NCBI GenBank assembly: GCA_963667985.1
Contig: OY764081.1
Location: 1,367,599 to 1,399,598, forward strand
From: an uncultured Methanocorpusculum sp.
Lineage (GTDB): Archaea; Halobacteriota; Methanomicrobia; Methanomicrobiales; Methanocorpusculaceae
Length of the DNA: 32,000 nucleotides
Reading direction: 5' to 3'
The notes under the pieces were generated by a model. It was not told the origin of the DNA and searched no databases. It worked only from the letters and a program-made list of their open reading frames with translations. Position numbers and translations under genes: made by a program. Shown here piece after piece: positions 9,467 through 17,709 of this stretch; position 1 is the first letter of the stretch, and each line of letters starts with the position of its first letter.

Positions 9467-9539
9467 ATTTCAATTTTTGTTGAATTAATTATTGACGGAC
9501 AAAAGATATATAGTTATACATTTCATAATATTTTGAAAT
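9467..9539. promoter_or_regulatory. Divergent control region with two ArsR-type imperfect palindromes and a TATA-like box
   Basis: ATTTCATAATATTTTGAAAT (9520-9539; 18 of 20 positions palindromic, directly before the ATG at 9542) and TTCAATTTTTGTTGAA (9469-9484); TATA-like AGATATATAG in between. Confidence 0.5.
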
Positions 9540-9541
9540 AG

Positions 9542-9943
9542 ATGACCGATATGCCATTACCCGTTTCAAGCGAAGCTGCAGATGAAGAGTGCCGGGTCCG
9601 GTGCGAGATTCCGGACGTTATCCGGTCGGATTTAGTTCAGATCGGCGGCATTCCGGGACTGAAGACCCGTCTCCCCTCTCCGGAACGTATCGGCGAGATC
9701 AGCGCGACGCATCACGCGCTTTCCGATCCAGTCCGTGTCTCGATTCTGCATCTCCTTGCCATACAGCCGCTTTGCGTCTGCGTGATCCGGGAATGCATAG
9801 GGATTTCCGGTTCGAAACTCTCCTACCATCTGAATATTTTAAAAGAGAACGGCCTGATAACGGCCGACCAGCAGGGAAACTGGATCATCTACCGGATCAC
9901 GGCAAAGGGCGGCATCTTCGCCGAAGAACCGGTACGAATGTAG
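9542..9943 (+). CDS. ArsR family transcriptional regulator
   Basis: 133 aa; HALSDPVRVSILHLLAIQPLCVCVIRECIGISGSKLSYHLNILKENGLI winged-helix signature with CVC metal-binding-type motif. Confidence 0.85.
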   Translation: MTDMPLPVSSEAADEECRVRCEIPDVIRSDLVQIGGIPGLKTRLPSPERIGEISATHHALSDPVRVSILHLLAIQPLCVCVIRECIGISGSKLSYHLNILKENGLITADQQGNWIIYRITAKGGIFAEEPVRM

Positions 9944-9944
9944 G

Positions 9945-11003
9945 TCAGTCCAGTTCCCGATTCGGGAACCGGTCTTTCGTGGCGTTTGCGATTTTAACAA
10001 GCATCAGCATCACCGGCACTTCGACCAAGACCCCGACGATCGTCACCAGAGCGACCGGACTGTTGGTTCCATACAGCGCAATGGAGACGGCGACGGCAAG
10101 TTCGAAGAAGTTCGAGGCGCCGATCATGCCTGCCGGTGCGGCTATGCTGTGGGGAAGGTTCAGCACTCTTCCCGCCCCGTAGGTGAGGAAGAAGATCAGC
10201 ACGGTCTGAATAATCAGGGGCACGGCGATCAAAACGATGTGCTGCGGATTTTCCAGAATAAGCGTCCCCTGGAACGAGAAGATGATCACAAGCGTGAGCA
10301 GCAGACCGACGATGGTTATGTGGTCGAACTTCGGGATGAACGTCCCGGTAAAATACTCCTCGCCTTTTTTCCTGATGAGATACACTCTTGTGAGGACACC
10401 ACCCACAAGGGGGATCACGACGAACAGGACGACCGAAAGAAACAGCGTGGCCCATGGAATGGTGACGCCGGAGATTCCGAGCAGGAATGCGACGATTGGA
10501 ACGAAAGCGACGAGAATGATCAGATCATTGGTTGCGACCTGAACGACCGTGTAGGCGGCGTTTCCTTTTGTTAGATAACTCCATACAAACACCATCGCCG
10601 TACATGGGGCGGCGCCTAAAAGAACTGCGCCGATCAGATAATCCTGGGCGAGCTCCGGAGGAATGAGGGCGCTGAACACGATGTAGAAGAAGAATGCTGA
10701 GATCGCAAACATCGTGAACGGTTTGATCAGCCAGTTGACGATCCAGGTAAGGACGAGTCCTTTGGGATTTTTTCCGACGTATTTTACGCTCTTGAAATCC
10801 ACTTTCAGCATCATCGGGTAGATCATGACCCAGATGAGTATCGCAATCGGGATGGAGACGTTCGCATACTCGAACGTGCCCAGAAATGCCGGGATGGACG
10901 GCAGGAACCTGCCGATCAGAACACCGACGATCATGCAGATGATCACCCAGAGGGTGAGGTATTTGCCGAACATCCCAAGGCCTGCAGAATTGTTTTTTGT
11001 CAT
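9945..11003 (-). CDS. acr3: ACR3 family arsenite efflux transporter
   Basis: 352 aa; SIPIAILIWVMIYPMMLKVDF, GAAPCTAMVFVWSYLTKGNAAYTVVQVATNDLI, GASNFFELAVAVSIALYG. Confidence 0.93.
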   Translation of the reverse strand: MTKNNSAGLGMFGKYLTLWVIICMIVGVLIGRFLPSIPAFLGTFEYANVSIPIAILIWVMIYPMMLKVDFKSVKYVGKNPKGLVLTWIVNWLIKPFTMFAISAFFFYIVFSALIPPELAQDYLIGAVLLGAAPCTAMVFVWSYLTKGNAAYTVVQVATNDLIILVAFVPIVAFLLGISGVTIPWATLFLSVVLFVVIPLVGGVLTRVYLIRKKGEEYFTGTFIPKFDHITIVGLLLTLVIIFSFQGTLILENPQHIVLIAVPLIIQTVLIFFLTYGAGRVLNLPHSIAAPAGMIGASNFFELAVAVSIALYGTNSPVALVTIVGVLVEVPVMLMLVKIANATKDRFPNRELD

Positions 11004-11007
11004 AGCA

Positions 11008-11385
11008 TCACTCTTTCAATGATTGTACATTTGCTTTGATTTCGGCGATCGCCCGGAGATACGCCTCATCTCCTTTTCCGACCGGGTCGTCGATCTGCCA
11101 GGCGATACGCTTTGTTCCGGGAATCACGGGGCAGGCGACCCCGCATCCCATCGTGACGATGATGTTGATATCCGGCAGATCGGAGATATGTTTCGGCCGC
11201 ATTGTCGAGAGATCGATCCCGTAGATCTCCTGCATCAGACGGACGGCTGTCGGATCGACCCTGTCTCCCGGATCGCTGCCTGCCGAGTAGCAGGTGAAGA
11301 TGTCGCCTGCGAAATGCCGGCAGAGCGCCTCTGCGATCTGGGATCTGCAGGAGTTTTTGATGCAGAGAAAGGCGATCCTTTTCAT
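11008..11385 (-). CDS. arsC: Arsenate reductase (LMW-PTPase-like ArsC)
   Basis: 125 aa; FLCIKNSCRSQIAEALCRHF, YSAGSDPGDRVDPTAV, DINIIVTMGCGVACPVIPGTKRIAWQIDDP. Confidence 0.9.
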   Translation of the reverse strand: MKRIAFLCIKNSCRSQIAEALCRHFAGDIFTCYSAGSDPGDRVDPTAVRLMQEIYGIDLSTMRPKHISDLPDINIIVTMGCGVACPVIPGTKRIAWQIDDPVGKGDEAYLRAIAEIKANVQSLKE

Positions 11386-12263
11386 ACGATCACCTGGACG
11401 GCAAGTCCCGTCAGCACGGCCGCAAGAAAGATCGTCGCAACAAAAACCATCACGAACTGTTTTTTGAATATCGCTGAAAGCATGGTGATCTCCGGAATAC
11501 TCATGCCTGCCCCGCCGATCAGAAGGGCGGGAACGGTCCCAACACCCATCCCTTTGCTTAAGAGGGCGGCGCTGATCGGGAGGATCGTCTCCGCTCTGAT
11601 GTAGAGCGGGATTCCGATGATCGCGGCGACGGGAATCGCAAACAGATTCTTGGGTCCCGCGACGGCAAGGATCCAGTCGGCCGGCAGAAATCCGTAGATG
11701 AATGCCCCGATCGCGGCTCCAAGCAGCAGGTAGGGGATCATCTGCCGAAACGTCGTCCAGGCAAACATAATGATCCGTTTCCGTTTCGATCCGGTCTCTT
11801 CGGTCATTCCTTCGACGGCGACGGGTTTGACGTATTTTTTGAACCCGAGCTGCTCAAGGACGAGACCGATAACGACGGCGGCCGTAAACATCATCACGGC
11901 ATACACGACGGTGATCTCTGGGCCAAACACGACGAGCATCATCGCAAGAATCACCGGGTTGAGAAGGGGCGACGCGAACAGAAAAGACATGGCGCTTGAA
12001 AACGCCACGCCCGACTTCAGAAATCCAAGCGTCACCGGGATCGTCGAGCAGGAACAGAACGGCGTGATCGCGCCGAACGCGGCCCCAATCACGCTTCCGC
12101 GGACCGAGCCGGAGTGCCCGAGGACTTTCTGCATCTTCTCTTTTGGGACATAGACGTTGAGCGCCCCAACGATCAGGCAGACGACGATGAAAAGTGCCGT
12201 AAGCTCCAGAGCTATGACCAGAAAATACTGTCCGGCGCTTAGGAGCGTTTCAGCAAAGCTCAT
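11382..12263 (-). CDS. Permease with CSCSTIP motif (DUF318-type)
   Basis: 293 aa; AAFGAITPFCSCSTIPVTLGFLKSGVAFSSAMSFLFASPLLNP. Confidence 0.87.
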   Translation of the reverse strand: MSFAETLLSAGQYFLVIALELTALFIVVCLIVGALNVYVPKEKMQKVLGHSGSVRGSVIGAAFGAITPFCSCSTIPVTLGFLKSGVAFSSAMSFLFASPLLNPVILAMMLVVFGPEITVVYAVMMFTAAVVIGLVLEQLGFKKYVKPVAVEGMTEETGSKRKRIIMFAWTTFRQMIPYLLLGAAIGAFIYGFLPADWILAVAGPKNLFAIPVAAIIGIPLYIRAETILPISAALLSKGMGVGTVPALLIGGAGMSIPEITMLSAIFKKQFVMVFVATIFLAAVLTGLAVQVIV

Positions 12264-12397
12264 TCAGATTTTCCAGAGCAGCAGGTATCTTTGCATGTAC
12301 CGTTCGATTCGTCTTTTTCGTCACAGCAGGATTTTTCCGGCACGATTTTGATATTACAGCAGCAGGAACAGTTTTCTGCGGTGATTGCTTTCTTCAT
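12260..12397 (-). CDS. 45-aa cysteine-rich peptide in the ars operon (not in the supplied ORF track)
   Basis: Own translation: MKKAITAENCSCCCNIKIVPEKSCCDEKDESNGTCKDTCCSGKSE*; stop overlaps the permease start as ATGA at 12260-12263. Confidence 0.65.
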   Translation of the reverse strand: MKKAITAENCSCCCNIKIVPEKSCCDEKDESNGTCKDTCCSGKSE

Positions 12398-12430
12398 CTT
12401 TCCAAATATGGAGGTCTTTTTTTTCTTCGG

Positions 12431-12784
12431 TCATGATTCATCACATTTTGTTTTAGCGTGCATTTCTCTAAGTTTGTGCAAAAGGGCTTTGTCGGTGTTC
12501 GTGGTCGAAAGGCCGGCGCAGATTTTTTCCAGAGCTCGGGAAAGTTCAGGGTTCCAAGCCGCAAACTCATCGCTGATTTTGTAGTAGGCCCACTGGGCTT
12601 GTTTTCTGCTCTGGATGATGCCGGCGTTTTTCAGGATCGTCAGGCTGCGGGAGGCGTTGGGCTGGGAGAGGGAGAGCGCCGCTTCAATCTCGCAGACGCA
12701 TAACTCGTTGCCCTGCAGAAGGGCAAGGATCCGGAGTCTGGTCGTGTCGCCGCATGCCTTGAAGATCGTTTCCGGATCACTCAT
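12431..12784 (-). CDS. arsR: ArsR family transcriptional regulator
   Basis: Probable start MSDPETIFKACGDTTRLRILALLQGNELCVCEIEAALSLSQPNASRSLTILKNAGII; ELCVCE matches the classical ArsR metalloid-binding motif. A longer ORF runs to 12877. Confidence 0.88.
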   Translation of the reverse strand: MSDPETIFKACGDTTRLRILALLQGNELCVCEIEAALSLSQPNASRSLTILKNAGIIQSRKQAQWAYYKISDEFAAWNPELSRALEKICAGLSTTNTDKALLHKLREMHAKTKCDES

Positions 12785-13106
12785 CGCATTCGAATCCGGG
12801 AATGCAGCAGCAGCCGCAATGCGTTTTTCGTTCGATAAGACTGTCGGAGACGTGGAGGATCTGTCTGACCTCTTCATTGCTCGGATATCTGCCGGTGATC
12901 ATCACGAAGTTGTTGACGACGACGGCCGGCAGGATCTTTTCACCGTTCAGGGATATGAGACGGGCGACGTTTGGGTTGGTGTCATATCTCGCCCGCTCGA
13001 TCAGGATCCCTTTGGGTTTGAGCTTCTCGATAAGTTCGGTTATCCTGATGTACTCGGGGTGGGTCGTATCCGGGTCTTTTGCTTCGTAAAGACACATTGA
13101 TGACAT
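12777..13106 (-). CDS. ArsD-like / thioredoxin-fold protein with C-terminal CGCCC cluster
   Basis: 109 aa: MSSMCLYEAKDPDT...LKPKGILIERARYDTNPNVARLISLNGEKILPAVVVNNFVMITGRYPSNEEVRQIL...THCGCCCIPGFECDE; the C-terminal half (LP-V-V-TGRYP-EE) resembles ArsD. Confidence 0.65.
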   Translation of the reverse strand: MSSMCLYEAKDPDTTHPEYIRITELIEKLKPKGILIERARYDTNPNVARLISLNGEKILPAVVVNNFVMITGRYPSNEEVRQILHVSDSLIERKTHCGCCCIPGFECDE

Positions 13107-13155
13107 AGGTGATTATATTCAAATATTTGTATATAATAATTTTCAAATGTTGTGA

Positions 13156-13542
13156 TTATTCTGCGACGCCCCAGACAAGACCCATGGCTTTGAGCATGAT
13201 CTCGATCTCTTCTGCTTTTCTCAGCCATTCTTTTTCTTTGGCCGGGTCTTTATCCACGCCGTCGCCTGCGGCATACATCCCGGCAAGCCGCCGCATCGCC
13301 ACGGTGTTTCCTTCGGCCGCCACCTTTTCAAACCACTCTTTTGCAAGAGCCGGGTCTCTTTCTGCGCCGTCGCCTGAGATAAAAATCGAACCAAGCCGAA
13401 ACATTGCCTCAACGTTTCCTTCACCCGCTTCTCTTTCCAGCCGTGAGATGACCGGCTCTAAAGTTCTGCCCTGCGGGGCATCGGTGTCGGCATCTGCCGG
13501 ATGAGGCGGGTCGGCGAAGAAACGGCGTATTTTCTGCAGCAT
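13156..13542 (-). CDS. Sel1-like repeat protein
   Basis: Two SLR units: AEAGEGNVEAMFRLGSIFISGDGAERDPALAKEWFEKVAAEGNTVAMRRLAGMYAAGDGVDKDPAKEKEWLRKAEE. Confidence 0.75.
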   Translation of the reverse strand: MLQKIRRFFADPPHPADADTDAPQGRTLEPVISRLEREAGEGNVEAMFRLGSIFISGDGAERDPALAKEWFEKVAAEGNTVAMRRLAGMYAAGDGVDKDPAKEKEWLRKAEEIEIMLKAMGLVWGVAE

Positions 13543-13588
13543 GGTTGTTGGTTTTATTTTTCTCTCTTGAAAAAAAGAATGCCCCGGT

Positions 13589-15138
13589 CTAGACCCGGGT
13601 AAACACGCCCGTTCTTCCCGGAAGATCGAGCATCGTAACTTTGACGCTCTGAACTTTTCCGTCGCTGCCGAAGGTGAAGTAGACCCCGGTGCCGCTCAAC
13701 GGCTCGTAAAAGGTGTCTCCGTCATACGGCGTAAGGGCATACTTCTCTGAGGCCGCCGTCTCCCTGTTCGATCGTAATGGTGCCGTAATAATCCTGATAT
13801 TACGATCCGCAGTAGTTTTCAAGAGCACGGGGCGATGATGCATTTTCCGGGAGCTTCCGGCAATGTCGTATATGGATTCAGGATTGAGGCTCCGGGCTGC
13901 ATCGCGGCATTCATCTGCTCCTCCAACTCCGTGTACCAGTCATTCCGGACGGAACCCGTGAAGTAGAGATCCTCCCATCCCCGCACGACGGCCTTTTTCA
14001 GGAGATGTCCGCCCGGGAAGCCGTTCGTTAAAACGACGATGCCCATCCCCTCTTCCGGATAGAACGTGATCAGTGTGGAGACTCCGCTAGTTAAGTCGCC
14101 GCCGTGTTCGATTTTGACCCTGCCGTCCGCAGATAACACGTCCCACCCAAGGCCGTATGCCTCGATGCTGACATAGTCGGAGAGCCGGATGTTCTGGGCT
14201 TTGTGGGTCTCGCTCAGTGCAGCGGGATCAATTATCTGCACCCCGTCGATCTTCCCGTCGTTCAACTGAAGAGTGAGGTACCGGATCATATCGTTCAGCG
14301 TAGAACTGACCCCGCCGGCAGGACTGTTCACATCATCGTTGTAAAGAACGGAGGTTTGTTCCGCAACGCCGTTTGTTACGACATAGGTGTCGGCATGGTT
14401 CCCGGCCTCGGCAAAGTCGGCAAAGACCGAGCTCGTGTTCGTCATACCTGCCGGGATGAAGATTCGTTCACCGATCAGCTCCTCCCAGGGCATTCCGGCT
14501 TTGATTGCCGCCGTCTCGGCGGCTGTGGTGATCCCGAGATTCGAGTAGGCGTAACCTGAACGGAACTCGCCCGTCAGTGCGAGATATCTAATTTTATAGA
14601 TGAGGTCAGAACGGTTGTAGCCAAACTCGAGAAGTTCGTCGCCGGCATACTCGGGAAGTCCCGTTTTGTGCGAAAGAAGATCGCGAATGGTAACGTGTTC
14701 CGTGATCCAGGGATCCGAAAACTGGAGGGCCGGATTGATCCCGGCAACACGTTCATCCCACGAAAGATCGCCGGTCCCGACCATCGACGCGATCGTTGCG
14801 GTCGTAAAGGACTTCGAGATGGAAGCGAGCTGGAACCTTGTATCGGCATTCACCGGTACCTGTGAGGTGACGTTGATCACACCGAAGCATTTCTCGTAGA
14901 CCACCGTGTCGTTTTGAATAATCGCGACCGCCATCCCCGGGACGCCGCTTTTGTTGAAGAGCTCTTCCGTGTAGAGATCGAACGCAGGAATCGTTTTGTC
15001 GAGATCTCCTGCCGCCGGCGTCTGATCATAGGACGCCGTAATACATCCCGACACCAGGATTATACAGAATAATCCGAGAATCAGTGCTGTAACCGGTTTA
15101 AAAATAATGATAATCCCCTCTGATAAATAAAGTAACAT
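13589..15138 (-). pseudogene. Serine beta-lactamase/penicillin-binding-protein-like lipoprotein with C-terminal DUF3471-like domain broken into several frames
   Basis: ORF 13819..15138 has lipobox LVSGC, SISK, YSN and HGG motifs. The C-terminal domain continues in other frames: LENYCGS*YQDYYGTITIEQGDGGL, then LTPYDGDTFYEPLSGTGVYFTFGSDGKVQSVKVTMLDLPGRTGVFTRV (ORF 13589..13843). Confidence 0.7.
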
Positions 15139-15258
15139 CCTTCTTCCTGATATATGTGCATTGCGGTTTTTTTTGCCGGATCCGATGAAAGGGAAAAAAA
15201 GAAAAAAGCGGATCGGTTCGGCGGGATGCCGAAGGGATCGGATGAATGTTCTGTATTT

Positions 15259-15660
15259 TTAGAGGCCGGCCCGCTCGACGATAACATCGGCTACCGATTT
15301 CTCGCTCGTGAACGGGAAATCTGCGGCCGTAAGAAGGGTGCCTGCTTCGCCTGCGGTCATTTTCAGATCGCCGACCTGACAGGTCGTGTCTGCACCGTCT
15401 GGAAACGCGGCGATGAGAGCGGCGGGGGTGTCGATCGGAAACGATGCTCCCGAGAGTGCCCCGCTGATCTGGGCATGGATCTGCTCTTTTACGGTAAGGG
15501 GAACAAATCCGGGCATCCCGGCGACCTCTCCCGCGGCTTTTGCGATCGGGCAGTCGGCGCTGTGGGTTTCGCATCCGAAGCATGCTCCCTTGATTGCTTT
15601 GAGGGACTCTTCGGCCTTTGTCTGCGAGACGTCTTTACCTGTGTAACTCCATGTTGGCAT
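15259..15660 (-). CDS. MTH865-like family protein with an N-terminal Cys-containing extension
   Basis: 133 aa; LTVKEQIHAQISGALSGASFPIDTPAALIAAFPDGADTTCQVGDLKMTAGEAGTLLTAADFPFTSEKSVADVIVERAGL is MTH865-like, preceded by GACFGCETHSADCPIAK. Confidence 0.7.
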   Translation of the reverse strand: MPTWSYTGKDVSQTKAEESLKAIKGACFGCETHSADCPIAKAAGEVAGMPGFVPLTVKEQIHAQISGALSGASFPIDTPAALIAAFPDGADTTCQVGDLKMTAGEAGTLLTAADFPFTSEKSVADVIVERAGL

Positions 15661-15803
15661 CTTGTTTCACCAGATACCTGTTGTCGTGTTACATTTATAT
15701 ACAAAATGGTCATTATACTGTACAATGCAATTTGATACAGAATAATAACCCTGCGGGTTAATGAGTGTGCATTACCAATATATCTATTAGCAAAGGAGGG
15801 ATC

Positions 15804-16568
15804 GTGGCAACAACACTGAGTTCATCACTGACCGAGATTCGTGAACTGAAAAAGGAGGTCACCGAGCTGCGTATGAATTTAAAGCGCTTTATCGAGCATG
15901 CAAACCAGCAGCATGCGATGACTGCCCTCACCGATCTCAAACAGAATTATGCCGGGTTTTTAGCAAACGATCAGGTGGAAACGGCAAAATCCGAGCTTTC
16001 TTCGAAGATGGTCGCAGACTGCGGAATGCGGGACAAATGCTACGGCGTGTTTCTGGAGTTTCTGCAGAACACATCTAAGCATATCAAAGACGGCCGGGTG
16101 TCCGAAGAGATCATCCAGTCCTACCGTGACCAGCTGAAAAACATGCGGGAAGCGGGGCCTTTCGACCGGTGCGACACCTGTTTTTCGCAGGTCTACCGGC
16201 TCTTTGAAAAACAGGTCGATCTCATGCAGTCTCTCGGCATTTATGAAGACAGCAGCCGGGAACAGGAGATCATTACCGATATCCCGGAAGAAACGGCGGT
16301 CAGAGATCTGTTGGAGCCGATCGCAAACGTCCTGCGGTTCCAGATTTTGAAATCGCTTGCGGCCCAGACCCGGACCTTTTCCGAGATCTCTGCCCTGACC
16401 GGGCTTCGCGGCGGGAACCTGCTGTTTCATATCAAAAAACTCACCGAATCAGGGATGATCCTGCAGAGCCATGAACGGGGGGATTACGTAATAACGGATA
16501 AAGGATTCAAAACGCTGAACGCCGTTTCGGCGTTGTACCGCGAGACCCATCACCCCCATATGCGCTAA
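15804..16568 (+). CDS. HTH (ArsR-like) transcriptional regulator with long N-terminal coiled region
   Basis: Likely GTG start at 15804 after GGAGGG at 15795-15800; C-terminal winged helix LRFQILKSLAAQTRTFSEISALTGLRGGNLLFHIKKLTESGMILQSHERGDYVITDKG. Confidence 0.7.
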   Translation: MATTLSSSLTEIRELKKEVTELRMNLKRFIEHANQQHAMTALTDLKQNYAGFLANDQVETAKSELSSKMVADCGMRDKCYGVFLEFLQNTSKHIKDGRVSEEIIQSYRDQLKNMREAGPFDRCDTCFSQVYRLFEKQVDLMQSLGIYEDSSREQEIITDIPEETAVRDLLEPIANVLRFQILKSLAAQTRTFSEISALTGLRGGNLLFHIKKLTESGMILQSHERGDYVITDKGFKTLNAVSALYRETHHPHMR

Positions 16569-16593
16569 AAAAAGAAAAAAATATTTTTTGGAT

Positions 16594-17370
16594 TTATACG
16601 AGCTCGGTTCCGCCGGCCACGACCACGAACTGGCCGGTGACGTAACTCGACATGTCGCTTGAGAAGTAGAGGATGGTTCCTTTCAGTTCGCCGCGTTTTG
16701 CCGGCAGGTTCAGCGGGCAGACTCTGCTGTACTGAGTGAGGAACTCGGATGATTTGAATAATGTGCCTTCCGTCATATCCGATTCAAAGAGACCGGGGCC
16801 GACCGCATTGACGGTGATGTTGTTCTGTCCGTATGAGGTTGCCATACCCATAGTCAGACCAAGGACGGCGGCCTTCGACGTGTTGTACACGTGGCGGACG
16901 AACATGTCTCCCTTGTCGCCGATGATGGCGTTGATCGAGGCGGTGTTGATGATCTTTCCGTAGTTCTGGGCTTTCATGTGCGGCACGACATATTTGCTCA
17001 TGAGGTAGATGCCTTTGACGTTCGTGTCCATCGATCTGTCCCACTCTTCTACGGTGAGGGTCTCGACAGTTCCGCGCTGGGCAATGCCGGCGTTGTTGAA
17101 GAGGATGTGGATCGTTCCGTAATGTTTGACGATCGCATCAACCGCCTCTTTTACGCTCTGTTCGTTGGTTACATCGCACGGGTAGGTGAAAACGTCTCCG
17201 CCTTTACCGGCGATTTCTTTTGCGACTACTTCCAGTTTGTCTGTTCTGCGTGCAAGCATGGCGACTTTTGCTCCGGCTTCTGCGTATGCTCTTGCCGCGT
17301 CGGCGCCAAGACCGCTGGAAGCTCCGGCGACAACCGCCACTTTTCCTGTCAAATCACAATAGTTAATCAT
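16594..17370 (-). CDS. SDR family oxidoreductase
   Basis: 258 aa; VAGASSGLG, NNAG, YNTSKAAV signatures. Confidence 0.93.
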   Translation of the reverse strand: MINYCDLTGKVAVVAGASSGLGADAARAYAEAGAKVAMLARRTDKLEVVAKEIAGKGGDVFTYPCDVTNEQSVKEAVDAIVKHYGTIHILFNNAGIAQRGTVETLTVEEWDRSMDTNVKGIYLMSKYVVPHMKAQNYGKIINTASINAIIGDKGDMFVRHVYNTSKAAVLGLTMGMATSYGQNNITVNAVGPGLFESDMTEGTLFKSSEFLTQYSRVCPLNLPAKRGELKGTILYFSSDMSSYVTGQFVVVAGGTELV

Positions 17371-17615
17371 TTTCTGTCAAGCTGATACTTATCCGTTTGG
17401 AATAATAAAGAAAATGCCACTCAAAAACCGGAATACGCAGGGTTTTTCTGTGCAGAATACCTGAAGCATTTTTCCGGATAAAAATGGGACAAAATGGAAA
17501 ACAGCGGCAGGAAACAAGAAAAATGCCTGACCTGCTCAGGGGGCCTGGAAGCGAATTCAGAAACTTTATCTTGAAACAATGTGTTTATGAGATATAATGA
17601 AAGAGACAGGCAGTT

Positions 17616-17708
17616 ATGACGGACGCGGGCATGTCTGAAGATCCCCTTCTGTCGATCCAGCAGAAACTGATCTCCTGCGGAATGCGGGAGTATGAAGCGG
17701 GAGTATGA
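17616..17708 (+). other. Displaced N-terminal segment of the TrmB-like regulator (30 codons)
   Basis: Own translation: MTDAGMSEDPLLSIQQKLISCGMREYEAGV*; in-frame continuation into GMREYEAKIYVTIF is lost through the 13-bp duplication. Confidence 0.6.
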
Positions 17709-17709
17709 A
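17684..17709 (+). repeat. Perfect 13-bp tandem duplication GCGGGAGTATGAA x2
   Basis: 17684-17696 and 17697-17709 identical; followed by GCG. Confidence 0.97.

Noticed and set aside
9589-10182. 197-aa plus-strand ORF
   Set aside because: Out-of-frame shadow over the ArsR gene and the end of acr3; no domain features.
13120-13129. CAAATATTTG as a definite ArsR operator
   Set aside because: Short AT-rich palindrome that can occur by chance; kept only as a supporting observation.
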